From Octopus vulgaris (taxonomy: Eukaryota): a stretch of DNA of 64,000 bases. The stretch lies in assembly GCA_951406725.2 (NCBI GenBank), contig OX597814.1, positions 25,792,001 to 25,856,000 on the forward strand, written 5' to 3'. Shown here one piece after another: positions 38,978-53,374 of the stretch. Numbering within the stretch: position 1 is the first letter of the stretch; each line of letters starts with the position of its first letter. The notes beneath the pieces were generated by a model that saw only the letters and a list, made by a program, of their open reading frames with translations, did no database searches and was not told where the DNA came from. The translations under genes and the position numbers were made by a program.

Positions 38978-41900
38978 GTATTGGTTTTGTTTTATTTTAT
39001 CAAATAAATAAACATATGCTATCCTTTAATTTTTTTATGATTTTGTCGAAGTTATCACCAAAACCATGTGCTTCTAATTTCATATGATTCATGTTAACAA
39101 TTTTCATTTCACATAAAATCATTGTAAAAATTTTAAATTTGCTTTTATTTGTTTTTGAATCCTGATACGTTTACTTATTGTTTGGAATATAAATGATCAT
39201 TTAAAATAAGTCTTTAATATTTTATAGATTCTTAAGTTAAAACTTTTGAAAGTGGAGCATAATGAGAAAGCATAATTCTTTGCTATTTTTCATGGTGTTT
39301 CTGCTTAGTAAACTAGCAAAATTTGAGTAAGGCTGTGTTTACACTAACATAATTGAAATTTCTGAATCATGTGTTAATATTTTAACTCAAACTGAGAGTT
39401 AGTATTGTATGTATTGATTAAGCAAAATGTAGCTTTAAATATCTTAGTTTCAATAAGGCAACAAAAGGACTTCTATATGATCACTCAACCGACAAGAAAA
39501 AGCAGTAAAAGCTCTTCAAATAATTCCTTGCTTCCTTTTAGTTTAGATATAGACACTTTACCTACCTGGTACTGAAGAATCCTATTGCCTGTTGACTTTT
39601 TCTCCAATTCCCCTGGATGACATCTCATGTCATCCAGGCAAACATTTTTCTAATGATAAGTTGTTGGTGTCTTTTCCACCAATTTTCAGTCATTTGAGTG
39701 TTTTGTTGTTTTTTCTATCTTTTTTTTTGTGATTCCCCTGAACTTGTCTACTTAGCACACTGTCAAATGACCATAAAACTCGAATTATCTTCAGGGAAGG
39801 TCCTCCTTGCAGTTTGTTGACCTTTTCTTGAAGTACATATTTTTTTTTAAGTGGGGCTTCTTTTCAATCATTTTCTTTTCTTTTTTTTTTTGTTGTTATT
39901 CTTTTCTACTGACCATGATGTTTACCTATTTTGTTCATTTTCCATCTTCTCCTAATTATCATCATAAGGTGATGGTGGGTTGCTACTGGTTATGGCTGGA
40001 AAGCAGATCTAAGATTACTGTTTTCTAGGATGGAGTATAGATCAATCTCTTTTTGTTTTTTCCAGAGTCTTGATGCTTTTCAAAGAGCTGTTCTTTTCTG
40101 TTTTTCAAGTTCTCTAAGGCAAAAAGCTATCAAATGGCACTTGCTACCACACATATGGATGAGCTTTCTGGCCCATGCTACCAGCATCATTGTTTTTATT
40201 TCTGCACCCATGATGGAACATAGCTTCAAAGTGGCTGTGTGGTCTTTGGAGATCATTAGGATCTGTACGTCCATGTTGACCCTTTTCCAGCCAGTATCAT
40301 TTCTAGTCATCTTGATATTCACTACCTGCTCAAACTGAGTCACAGAGGTAGCAATAAGCAAAATGTCAATGTCATCATTAACATCCTTCACTATGGCTCT
40401 CATCTCACCTTGCCTCATCTCATATATTCATGGCACATATATAAAGGCAGTTGCACAGTGAACAAGCTCAAACTAATTTCTTGCCACATACTCACTTATA
40501 TACTGTCTCTTAAACCCTACTTTAACTGAGAGACAAGATATCATCAGTCAGAGTCACCTCTCACTTTGAGAAAATAGGGTAAGTTATTCTTTTCATAGAA
40601 ATGCAGAGATATGTGACTTCCCTTCATATATACCCTTGGATAAATATCACAGTGTGAGAAGTATTTTCCTAGGTCACATACCTCTGCTATGTGTGTAGAA
40701 ATATACTTGTGATCACATATTTTTGCCACATGGTCCCTTATGTTGTTGTTGCCATTATCATCCAATTTATTCAAATTGGTGTTTTTAACTTTTGAAATAT
40801 CATAAGCTTTTATATGCACATCATATAGCCTTTCTCTGAAATTAGATTTATTATTTTCTTTCTATTTCTAATATTACAATATTATACTATATTATTGAGA
40901 ATATCTATAGATTTTTATCAACACTATGTATTCACAGATATAAACACTTTATCTGTATATTCAATATGTTCATAGACAGAAAAAGGATTAGCCAGGCAAG
41001 ATTCAGTCCTGTGTTGGGATATCATCAAATGATTTACACTCTTTAACTATCCTTGGAGATATTTATAAATTTACTGTTCTTAACGTCTTAAGTAAATTTC
41101 AAGGGAGAAGCACAGTATAGCAAATTGCTATTAATGCGTTAATAAGCAGCTAAGAAAGCATTATATATGCAAATTAGTCACACTGAACTACTTCCAGATC
41201 ACATAGGAAATAGATCCTTAATTATTACTTGCAGTGAGCCAATTGAGTCAGTTTAACTACATGGTTGTTGTTAATGTTGTTTAGCCACAGGTCAACCCTA
41301 AATTGAACAAAGGCATTTCAGCAATGGCCAGCCACCTTTTTTGAGGGGTATGTAGGTCTACATTATCTAATGCATCCTTGTTTTTATTTTTATGATTTTT
41401 TTTTTTTGCAAAAATAGTAAGTTCTGATTTGAAGTAGATTTGGCTGCTATTTCTCACAGATCTAGTGATATGTTAAAGCATCCTCATTAGCTCATAACTT
41501 TATGGTTGATTTTAGTGTAAACATTTTCATGTCCATCCACCCAGCTGATGCTCTAGCTTTCTCAGTCAATGAGCCCAATGCATATTTTGTGCATTTATTA
41601 CTTCCACAAAGAACAAAGTATATTCATTTCCTATACATTGAGTAAGTCTCTTTTCTCATTTGAACTAAATCTGTTCTTGGTTTCCAAATAGTGTTTTGAT
41701 CTTTGCAGTCTGTGTTTCTAACTTTGGAACATTTTCTTCTACAGCACTTCCTCGGATTCGGCAAAAGGAACCAAATCATCAAATATGACATTCTGCACTC
41801 TGGTGTTTTGAGAATGATAATGAATAGAAGGTAGCTGAAAAAAAGAAGCATGTTTACCATTTGCCTGAACACCGAATGTATTGATTGAAGGGGTTATTTG

Positions 41901-41978
41901 ATAAAATAAAAGAAAACCAATACCCATCACAATATAATCAAGAAGAAACTTGTGAATTATTTCACTTCCTTTTGAAAT

Positions 41979-42074
41979 ACCATTAACAACTTTCTGAGTG
42001 ATTTTGCACACAGACGGACAGACAGACAAACCAACACCGATGGAAACATAACCTCTTTCCTTGGCAGAGGTAAT
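41979..42074 (-). mobile_element. 5' end of a Helentron/DINE-1-like (HINE) non-autonomous element
   Basis: Minus strand ATTACCTCTGCCAAGGAAAGAGGTTATGTTTCCATCGGTGTTGGTTTGTCTGTCTGTCCGTCTG, with the GTCY microsatellite typical of HINEs. Confidence 0.65.
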
Positions 42075-43997
42075 GATTTGCAATAATAAAAAATCCCACA
42101 ATTGTTATACTTTATAAAATTGCACAACTTTGGAACCATATATTTTGACTAAAAGTAAAATAAATCATTTACATTGTAATATTTGCTTGTGTTGCTTAAT
42201 TACAGGTTAGTTCTGATCAAGTAAATCTATGATGAAAACATTCCAGCCGATCCAAAGCCATTGTGAACTACAACTTAGCTTGAGTTTTATAGTGTTACTA
42301 AATGGATTTTCAGTATCTCAAGTAACATTTCAATATTGTCTGGTACCTATCTTGACAACTAGGTGAAGTGAAGTATAGAGAATAAACTCATATTCAGCTT
42401 TACAACTAAATCTCGACAGTCAGTATTAAACTCATGATCTATAAGTTTTCAGTCCAATACAAAAACCACATTTATCTTCTCCTAAGCATGTAAATTGATT
42501 TTAGTAGATTAATTCTTAATTCTTGAAATCATCTCCTTTCCACAATTGCCACTAGGGTTTTGATTTCTTGCTCCAAGAGAGAAATTTTAATTAAGTTTTT
42601 GTTTTTTTTAATATCATTTTGTATATCGTCCTTTAGCTTATAGCCAAATATTTTCATAAATATGAGTGTTCAAATTACAGCAGCCCTTCCACTGTGATTT
42701 TAAGCAAGAATTTTAACTCTCCATGAGCCTCAATGATTTCTGCTATCTGAAATACATTGTTTTGTTGTTTAACCCATGGTCAACACTGATGAAACAGATC
42801 AATGATCAAAGAATTCTAGACCTGATAATCATATCTTTTTAACCACATCCGAGACTGCAATATCCTATTGTACTCTTTTTTACGATTACAGGCTATGATT
42901 TGAAGAAGATCTGACTGCTATTTCTCAAAGGTCAATCAACCACATAGAGGCATCGTCACCAGCCCTTTGGAAACACACATTAGATGTATCTCTGATAGAC
43001 TGATATCTTATCCAAGAAGAGATTTATCCCTTCTTTACTTAATCCCATGAAAGCTGATCTAAACATTAGCTCTTAGAAATCCCTTCAGGTTTGGAGACAT
43101 TTCAGTATTTCTTTTACTTCGAAGCTTATATAGTGGTAGTCTGTCATTTGAAGTCAAGGGATGGTGGTTTCCCCTTACCTGCCACCTTACACCATGCATC
43201 ATACACAGAAAGCATAAAAAAAAAAAACAATAGCGCTTTGTTTTTTTCTGCACCAAAATTTTAAAGTTGCATTTTGTTTTCAGCCTTGGTTTGGCATTTA
43301 TGGATAATCCTCTCAGAGGTTATAAAATTGTCTTCTCTGATAGCGACACAAAGTGGGACTGGGTGAATTCATTAGAAATAAAATAAACCACGCCAACATC
43401 ATCATCATCAACTGCAACAGCAGCAACCATGTCAGTGGCAATAAATAAAAACAAAGGGATATATATCTGTTTTTTATTGTTTGTGTTGCTATGTATATGT
43501 GTGTGTGTTTGTGATTGTGTGTGTATATATATATGTATATATATGTACATATCGTGTGTGTGTGTGTGTGTAAATAAGGTGAAGTTCAGACAGTGATTAG
43601 AATTAAGTTGGTGTAGTTAGATATTATAATGGTATCATATAAACTAGAGATATAAATTTAGAATAATGCAATAAAATAATATGACCAAATTTGTTTTTGC
43701 AAAATGATTCTTTTAACTGTTAAATTCTTCTGTTGACACTTCCCTTCCACCAATCACTGGGACAGAGATATACCTAGTCTCCCTGACACTTCTACACCAG
43801 TAAGACTGCAGAAGTAAACGATGATCCATTTAGGAAGTTGGACAGCTGCTATTAATATGTCAATCTCCACTGAGCCAGAGGAATAGTGTTTACTTAGCAT
43901 GATAATAGCCTCTGCATCCCCTGTCACCCACCTCCACCAGCAGTTGTGCATCCCCTTCCTCCCCGGTGATGCACAGGCAAATGATTTGCGGCTGTAG

Positions 43998-44004
43998 TCA
44001 TATT

Positions 44005-44051
<47 letters not shown>

Positions 44052-44130
44052 ATATATATATACATACATACAAACATATATATATGTATATGTATATATG
44101 TATATATATATATATATACATATATATACA

Positions 44131-44182
<52 letters not shown>

Positions 44183-44508
44183 AATAAGTATATGTGTGTA
44201 TTGTGTGTAATTATATATGTCTATCAATATATATCTATATCTATCTATCTATCTATATATATATACATACACATACATATCTCCCTATATGTATATGTAT
44301 GTATATATATTCATACAGATATACTTACACAAGCATGCACATGTGCTTATATGTATATGCACGTGTATGTTTGTTTTCCATAATTTCATGCATATACAAG
44401 CATACATATTCATGTGTGCATGTGTTGCATGTGTGTATAGTGAGTGTGTCAACATACATATATATGCATGTGTATGTATGCATGTGTGCATGTTTGTTTC
44501 TGTGTGTA

Positions 44509-44555
<47 letters not shown>

Positions 44556-44570
44556 CTATGTATATATGTA
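43998..44570. repeat. Compound microsatellite field
   Basis: (AT)n, (GT)n and (ATCT)n runs. Confidence 0.95.
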
Positions 44571-46489
44571 TATTTTATTTTTGTCTCATTTTGAATTCTG
44601 TTCATAACTTGACCCTGTATTGCAAAGAGCTAACATGCGCCCCCTAATCTCTCCCAATACTTTCTCATTCCCTCCTCTCACAGGTTCTGCACACCCTTAC
44701 ACAATCCCACCAACTGCTCCCCACTCTGTATAACAGTACCATCACCTCTTGCCCTCCCCTTTCACAACACCCTCACATGCACCTCCTCACCTCATCGCCT
44801 CTTTACATAGCATCTTTATCTCCTCTCTATCATTTCACTATCCACCTCCCACTCCTATTCATGAGGTTTCCATCTACCCCACTCATGCTTTTCTTCACTC
44901 TTTTCTGCCCTTTATACACCCACCCCAATATTCCTGCCACCAGCCACCAGTTTCCATGCAAGCTCTTACTCACTATACCACCACCACTACCATGACAACT
45001 ACTACTATTACCACTATACCACTACCACAACCCTCACCATTAACAACATAAATTTTTATTTCATTTTATCCATTTCCCCACCACTCCATGACCATGGCAA
45101 TACCTCCCTGGTAACACCCATCTCATCTCACCCACCCCGTCCAATGATTATGAGTCGCATACATTAGATTAGAATTAATTGTGTCGCCACTGCCTGTCTT
45201 GCTCTGCCCAAGTAACTTTGCACATCCCTGAACCAAGAAGACAGTAGGATGAAGCGGTGTGGGTGGGCATTGGATAGCTGAGAGTGCAGGGTGAGGTGGG
45301 AGCAGCCAGCCAGTGCACATACATGTTTTTATTACCATTATCAAGCTGATGTGGTGGAGGACCAGGGAGACTGAAATCCCCAGTAAATCACTGATAACTG
45401 GCCACCAACCAGCATCCCATTCACATACCTACCGACCCATCTTATGAAGGGGACATTACCCTATCCCCTCTTCACTCCACCTTCTTCATACCTAGGCCTT
45501 TCGTTCTTTCTTTCTCCATACACACCTACATACACATATATTGGAGAGTAACAGCATAGCTGTCTTCTTCAAAACATCCAACCCCCTTTCCAACTTAAAT
45601 GTGGCCACCATCACAAACAACACCCTTTCTAAACAAAATTATTATCATCATTATCATCATCATTTTCTACAGCACACAACCTACAACAACACCAATATCA
45701 ACACCAATGGCAATGACACTTAGTTACTCCTTAAGAACTCCATTTATCCCTCAAAAACTTTCCCCTCTCCTTTCCTCTATACCCCGCCATCTCCACACAT
45801 AAACTCTACCATTGCAATTCCTCTTGACAAGACAGTATAATGTGAATAAATGTGAGAATGGAATTTCAGAATGGGGAAGATTTGGTGGTGGGGTTAGTTG
45901 TGTTCAGAGGATTGGGAGTCGGTTAGTCAGTGCGAGTGAGAGCAGGGAGAAAATTGTAGGGACTGCATGGTGTATGTAGAAGCTGTAGGGGTGTAGGTGA
46001 ATCTGGGTGTGTGGTTATAGAGGTTTGTATTAATCCTTGAATATTTGTGTTGGATAAGTTGAAATATCTCACAATTCATTCTTGGATTTAGATGCATAGA
46101 CACTGCTTTGTCATTATCCACCCAGACTCTATACCCCTTTATGACGCTGTCATTAATTTTAAATAAATACACAGAAAAATAGCAAACATCATTTTAGTAA
46201 AATGATATTGACCTCTCAAAATATGAATTAAAAGAAAGAACAATGAAGTAAAAAGAATCATATTATGGAATTACAAAGAATTATTTCAAGCCAAAGAGGA
46301 AATCTCTACCAGGACTGTCAACCTTTTAGAAATAGCAGCCAAATATCCCTCAGATTGTGTACAAGTCTCTTGAAAAAGAAAAACTATATTGGATAAGGTG
46401 CTCTTGGATATATCATGTCTAAATAGGAGGCAAAGTATTCATGAAAAGCTCACTTTTGATCATAAGTATGAAAGTATAATCAAAATGAG

Positions 46490-46803
46490 GTTTATTTGCC
46501 AGCATAAAGTGGCAGTCTTGATTAGGACGGTGTTGCTACCCTCTTTTAGCCCTAGGAAAACATCATTTCCAGCTGGCAATTGACACAGCTGCATCCTTAT
46601 GCCTCAAACAAGAGAGCTAATATCCCTACTCAGCCTTAAACAGTACCTATGAACCAGTGGGTTCTGGATTATTTCTCTTCATTGGCACAGATTAACCATT
46701 GGCTACAGATGGCAGCACTAGGCCTCACTCAGTGACTGTGTATCACTTTAAAAGTAGTGACACCATCCTAGTCAGGACTGCCACTTTATGTTGGCAAATA
46801 GAT
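46490..46803. mobile_element. MITE-like element with ~50-bp TIRs
   Basis: TATTTGCCAGCATAAAGTGGCAGTCTTGATTAGGACGGTGTTGCTAC versus GTAGTGACACCATCCTAGTCAGGACTGCCACTTTATGTTGGCAAATA. Confidence 0.75.
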
Positions 46804-46979
46804 TTTACCCTGTAGTACTGTTACTACTTATTTCTCGCTCAGAAATATAAGACTAACTGTTTTTCTCCTTATGATCAAAATGTCAAAGTTGATTAGAAGC
46901 TATAATCTTTTAATTAACAATTGTACAGTGAAATAATTTTACAAACACAAGTTCAGGTTCAAAAACATATGTGGGTATA

Positions 46980-47272
46980 TCTACATACATACATACATAC
47001 ATACATACATACACACATACACTCACACACATACATACATACATACATACATACATACATACATACACACATGCATACACACACATACATACATACATAC
47101 ACACATACACACATACATACACACATACATACATACATACATACATACACATACATACATACATACATACATACACACATACATACATACATGCATGCAT
47201 ACATACATACATTCACATATACATACATACGTACATACATACATACATGCTTACATGCATGCATACATGCAT
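46980..47272. repeat. (ACAT)n microsatellite
   Basis: Directly visible. Confidence 0.97.
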
Positions 47273-49118
47273 GTAGCCATAATCATAATCTAGTTGATAA
47301 TTTTTGATTTTCTAAATCTTTAAATGGGATATTGTTTTCTTTTCCTTTTATGCAAACTGTGAAATTTGGCCTGAACACCCTGTATATTCATATAAATACA
47401 CATATGTATATGTCATTTTCATTGCCCCCTCATCATCGTCATTGTCATTTCACATTTACTTTCCATACTGGCATGTGTTGGATCATTTAACAGAATCCAA
47501 TGGGTCAAAGGAAGATGTTTTGCTTCAATGTCTCAGTTTTGGCATGGTTTCTACAGCTGGACATCCTTCTTATTTCCAATCCCTTTTCTGAACCTACTGC
47601 AGTTTACATGGTACTTAGTTTGCATGGTTCCATTTTGCTTTTGCCTTTTCACTTTATGTGTACAAAAATACAACTTCATCATTTCAACTTTAGTTTTACA
47701 TTGTTTGTTTTTTTTAACTTTCATTTCACTTTTATGATAGTGAAATAAACCACACTCTAAATTAACAAGTGAGTTACAATTATTCAAATATCTTTCAAAA
47801 CATTTCCAAGAGTGAATGAGAGTTTCAAATGTCAAGAAAGTTGATTTCTCTAGACATGAAAATTAATATATATTAGATGAACCTCAAATAGAAAGTGTTT
47901 GCAAAGCAGTTTGATATACATAAAACAACTGTTAAAACATTTAATAAAAACAAAGAAAAATACTATCAAAGCCAGTGCAATTGCTGGATCTCCAATAACT
48001 TTTAAACACATCATATATATAAAGTAACATTGTAGAAACAATGGCAGATTCAGCACAGAAACTCAATATGATAACCATCACTATATAAAACACAATGCAA
48101 CTTGTGTTGACTTGCAATTTTTGTTCAGTGAATAAATATATTGGTTTCTATATTTTGCAGCTCTCATGTTTCCTTGTGCTAACAGATGATGCCTTAGAAT
48201 TTTAATGAATATTAAATTTCAAAGGAAATCCACTGGGTTGTTCTTCACCTTGCTTGTGAAGAAAACTGTCATACTCTTCTTCTCAAACTCATTCCAATGA
48301 AGTACCAATCTCTAACTTAATTGTAAGTTCCTGCTTCTAGTTTGCAGATAAGGCCACATGCTTTTTCTTTAGATTATTATTTTCCCTTAAAGCCAAGAAG
48401 TACAACATATATCTAAAACATACCTAATCACTGAAATATCAAAAGTTATGTAGAGCCATACAAGTGGTCTTGTGTAAGGTAGTTATTGTCACATTGTGCT
48501 ACTGCACTGAACTTATTAATCTAACATAAGTGTTACTCATAATAAAGTATTTGCCTATTTCAACTTGATTTAATCTTTGTTCCTGAGTGTAAGTTATTAG
48601 ATTTGAAAGCAAATTACTACCAGATTATATCACAATCCTGTAAGAACAGTATCGTTATAGCGAAAATCAGTTTCAGTTAATAAATTTTCATTGAATTTAT
48701 ACATCACAGAATGTTGTAACATATTAGAGTCGTTATTAAGAAGGCAGTGACAAAGTAGTTTATCTGTCAATGATACTACACCAACGACATCTGTGGCATC
48801 AAAACTGAAAGTGTTGCAGCCAAGCTAGCTAGCATATATGCATCAAAAATTTCAAAGCTAGTGATGTGATGGTGATTTAGAAATCACTGTAGAAGGGTTA
48901 ATACAATTACCCACAGCAATGCAGGCAGCTCACCAAGCAAGCAAGAAAATCGAAGCATTCTGAAACAGGTTAAAATATTTAATTATCAAAAGCTATTAAT
49001 TACGTAATAGTGGGGAAACAGGGTTGTATTGGCAGTCACTACCTTGGAAAACCCAAATTTTTCAAATGAAGTTGTCTGTTAATGAATGTTTTTCAGCATT
49101 GCATAAAGGCAAATAGTC

Positions 49119-49950
49119 ATCATCATCATCGTTTAACGTCCGCTTTCCATGCTGGCATGGGTTGGACGGTTTGACTGGGGACTGGCAAGCCAGATGGCTG
49201 CACCAAGTTTCTACAGCTGGTTGCCCTTCCTAATGCCAACCACTCCAAGAGTGTAGTGGGTGCTTTTATGTGCCACGCCCAAATAGTGCTTTTTACATGT
49301 CACCTGCACAGGAGCCAGTCCAGCGGCACTGGCAACAATCACGCTCGGATGGTACTCTTAGCACTCCATCAGCACGGATGCTAGTTGTGTGGTGCTGTCA
49401 TCGAATTTAATTTCGGTTTCACTTGCCTCAACAGGTCTTTGCAAGCAGAGTTTAGTGTCCAATGAAGGAAAGGTATGCATAAGTGGGCTGGTTACACCAC
49501 TGGCATAGGCCACAGGTTATGGTCTCACTTGTCCTGCCGGGTCTTCTTAAGCACAGCATATTTCCAAAGGTCTCGGTCACTAGTCATTGCTCTGGTGAGG
49601 TCTAATGTTCGAAGGTCGTGCTTCACCACTTCATCCCAGGTCTTCCTTGGTCTACCTTTTCCACAGATTCCCTCAACTGCTAGGGTGTGACACTTTTTCA
49701 CACAGCTATCCTCATCCATTCGTACCACATTACCATACCAGCACAGTCATCTCTCTTGCACAATACATCTGATGCTCCTTAGGTTCAACTTTTCTCTCAA
49801 GGCACTTACACTCTGTCAAGTATGTACACTGACATTACACATCCATCGGAGCATACTGGCTTCGTTCCTTGCAAGCTTACACATGTCCTCAGCAGTTATG
49901 GCCCATGTTTCACTGCTATGTAGTATAGCAGTTCGTACACATGCATCATA
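49119..49950 (-). mobile_element. RTE LINE 3' fragment (ORF C-terminus, 3' UTR, (GAT)n tail)
   Basis: YDACVRTAILHSSETW...ASMLRWMC...GKGRPRKTWDEVVKHDL...DRDLWK, followed by the tail shared with the other RTE-type copies. Confidence 0.92.
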
Positions 49951-50760
49951 TTTTTAAATGTTATTGATAGTGACATGGGAGATATGGTTGCCCACAAGTT
50001 TCTAAAGACAACACACCAATTACCAGTGCATCATTACTATCATACTATAATGGGTGTAATGTCCATCTGTCCGTCTGTATTCACATCACGCCCAAATGGT
50101 TGGGCCGATCAGCATGAAACTTTGTAGGGGTGTTCGGGAGTTCTCTAGGGCAGTTTATATATGTTTAGTCCCTCCCCTTCCCCTCAGAAAAATTCTATCA
50201 TTTGAGGTAACTTTGGCACCCAGAGATAATTTTAGCAGAAGGAATAGGGTGGCCTGTACCCTTCTAAAGGGACATGCTTGACCTCCTCCTTCTGCCCCTG
50301 TCCCACCACCACCCCCTACCTGAGTAATACCATCAATTGAGGCAAATTTGGCACCCGGAAGTAAGTTTTGTAAGAGGAATAGAGAGGCCTACCTTCTCCC
50401 ACAGAGATCAGTCCGACCTCATCTTCCTCCCCCTGCCACTGCCTCGCCCCACCCCACACTACCCCATCTCCCTCTATTGAGTAATATTGTCGAATGAAGA
50501 AACTTTGGCAACCTGGGCCTCCTACACTGAGTGTGACAGTCACATCTTTTCTTTCATATACATGAACAGTTTCAAAACATTGTTTACAAAATAATAGCTG
50601 ATCATTTGCGAAGGAACGTGTCTACAGTCAATACTTAGGATTTTTGCTCTGGTAAGTTTTCCTACTATATATCATACTACGATGTATAAAACAGTGAATG
50701 ACATGATATGCATGCATTATATTATATGTTAATTAAAATATAACAAAAGATTTTTATCCA

Positions 50761-51198
50761 TCGAGATTACCAGTACACAAAATAACTTTGAAGAAGAGTT
50801 GTCCGATTGTGCTGCTTCAGAATATTGACCCAGCTAATGGACATTGAAACGGAACAAGATACACTGTTACGGAACTTAACTCTCACGTCATCGAAGCAGT
50901 GATAGCAACTGGTCCTCACACTGGCAAATGTTTGTTTATACCTCGGATATCTCTGATGCCTTCAGATAATTAGTTTCCATTTCAGTTACGACGCAAGCAG
51001 CTTCCTATCAAATTAGCCTTCTCCTTTACAGCCAACAAGTCTCAGGGCCAGACTTTGGATTACGTCGGTGTGTTTCTGCCCTCCCCTATGCTCACGCACG
51101 GTCAACTGTATGCCTTGATAAGTAAGGCTACGGATTCAGCTAATTTGAAACTTAGTTACGGACAAACGAAAAATATTGTTTACAAAGATGTTTTGTAA
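50761..51198 (+). pseudogene. Helitron PIF1-like helicase C-terminus with two in-frame stops
   Basis: LPVHKITLKKSCPIVLLQNIDPANGH*NGTR...FIPRISL...FPFQLRRKQLPIKLAFSFTANKSQGQTLDYVGVFL...HGQLYA...TKNIVYKDVL*. Confidence 0.93.
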
Positions 51199-51366
51199 AG
51201 ATAGCACCATGAATGTGTTATGTAAATGTTTACATATGTAACGAACTTAGTGAATATCCTCGTGCACTTTTGGGGTGCACAAAGCAATCACTAGCCGTTG
51301 CTTTAATAATCCAGAATTCTACCAGTCAGAAACAACAAGACGCAGACGTAAAATATATATAACTAC

Positions 51367-51372
51367 TTTATT
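51367..51372 (-). promoter_or_regulatory. LTR polyadenylation signal
   Basis: AATAAA on the minus strand followed by a GT-rich tract. Also present at 53506-53511. Confidence 0.55.
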
Positions 51373-51827
51373 CTCTTATTTGGTGAGTGATCAGTGGTAT
51401 ATCTGATGTCCTTGGTTCTGGGCGCGCAAGGCTGAAAGTTAATGGATTGTAATATTTACAATGTTCAGCCGCTAAAAACAGAACGGGTCAAAGATGGTGT
51501 CCGGAACAGGGAAGATGAATGTGGTCGGCAACAATTTGGTGAAAACCTTCGGCCGACTGCTATCAGAGCTGGACAGCAAGAAAAATATACGTCCGTCTCC
51601 TTCGTCGCTGCGGTCCCAAGTCATTGGCTGCTGCTGCTAGCGGTCAAACGTTCTACGACCCCCTTGCCTCGCTAACTACCACGTAGGCAAAAGGGTCGTG
51701 CTACCGGTGGTTCGCGCTTGCGCGAGAGGGCCCTTCCTTTCTGTGCCTTGGTGAAGGCACCAACACTCGCACGCGCGAAATAGAAAATGGACGGTGCGCG
51801 CGCGCGCACCGTTATAGGATCACTACA

Positions 51828-51839
51828 AGGCTCCCCTCC
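51828..51839 (-). promoter_or_regulatory. Polypurine tract
   Basis: GGAGGGGAGCCT immediately before the 3' LTR. Confidence 0.8.
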
Positions 51840-53356
51840 AGTGCGCACGCACGAAGGAAACTTATTGTAGTGACTGCAAAACTCCAGGTGGACACCAGAT
51901 AACCAAATAGCACACAATATAATAAAATGGCAAAATTTATAACATACACAAGAAATTTACTAAAGGAAAAAGAGAAAAAATACTCAATGAGCAAAAATCA
52001 AGAGTGCATGCATGAAAGTGTATACGTCACAAAGTATAAACCCTTCCGCTGAAAGGAGCGGAGGGAAAGCAAAACTCACAGTCAATGAACCTAGGCGAAA
52101 TTAAAATCTAACTTCTCTAAAGGTGGTTGATCCTGCAAAATAGCAGTTAAATCAATTGCTGCAGGAGAGGAAATGGAATTGACAGAAGCTCGCTAGTAAC
52201 ACAAAAGGCAAAAGTGCAAACATGCTGGTGTGATGCGCGACACAGATAATTTTCTGTTAATTACGTGACCAACAGTGGTCTAACAGGGAAAAATAATTAC
52301 ACCTAAACATGGCGCAGCGCATGTGAACATCCGACGTTCTATGAGTCGGGAAAAGAAATCAAGCTAACGCAAAACGTGTTGCAAAAACAAGGCAAGTACA
52401 CGTGCGAAGCAAAGGAGCATGAAATGCAATAGTGCTTGCCAGACCGAAAAAACAGCAATGAATATGCCAGTGGTTGAGCGATTATATGCCTCGTTCGCAC
52501 AGGAACAAAAGTATGACATGCTGGCGCGTTATAATGAACAAACAACCCTCTCTATGTATACGTGACCCCTAGGGTCTATAGAAATGAGGGGTGTCCACAA
52601 AAGGCAAATTTAGCATGGAAAAAACAAGCGAGAAAAGCATGTGTGACGTATGTATGTGAGAGAGATAGCATTTATGTGTGTGTACGTGTGTGCGACAGAA
52701 ATACATACAAGGTGAATGCAAGCAAAAAATAAAAATAAATACAGCGCATAGAAAAAAATGTCTCTCAATGCTATTCCAGACAAGAGTTAGTTTACCAGTC
52801 TGTAATAGCCTGATGCACAATAGCAGTTCGTTCTGTAACAGAAATGTTGAAATCACAAAATGCAGATGCCGGTTGAACACAATGTGTAGCGGTTGTGGCT
52901 TCAATGCTGTGACAGGTTAACTGGAACAGAAGAATCTCGTAGATAGACGGTGCTGTGAATCCTTGGTGTGCATATGCACATACAGCGTGCACGCTAAAGT
53001 TCCGCGAGTTGCTATGTACATCTTGTGGAGGTCGACGGTGTTGAAAGGCGACGGTGGTGGTGGAAGGCGACTGTAGTGGACTTGAGACAACATCGTTCTT
53101 AGTGGTGATGGCGACGAAGATAGCGACGACGTGAAGTTCTAAGACGACGATGATGATGACGAAGGCAGAGAAATAGCATCGATGATGTGATGGCGTCCGT
53201 CATCATGTTGAAGAATAAAAAGGCTCCTTCTATATAACTGTTTGTGGTGGCCGGAAACAAATCGTCGAAAGATGAATGCGTAGAGTTAATCGTGTTCCGA
53301 CTTCGCAGAAAAACTGGATTTTTTTGTTGATAAGTGATCTCTTGTTTTAGACCAGA

Positions 53357-53374
53357 ATCACGTCGGGGTCACCA
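53357..53374 (-). promoter_or_regulatory. Primer-binding site for tRNA-Trp
   Basis: TGGTGACCCCGACGTGAT, 2 nt inside the 5' LTR boundary. It is complementary to the 3' 18 nt of tRNA-Trp. Confidence 0.93.

Noticed and set aside
48163-48322. Exon bounded by ttttgcag and gtaagt
   Set aside because: All three frames contain stops. It could only be non-coding.
51442-51675. 77-aa ORF duplicated at 53581-53814
   Set aside because: It lies within the LTRs, antisense to the element. The duplication only reflects LTR identity.
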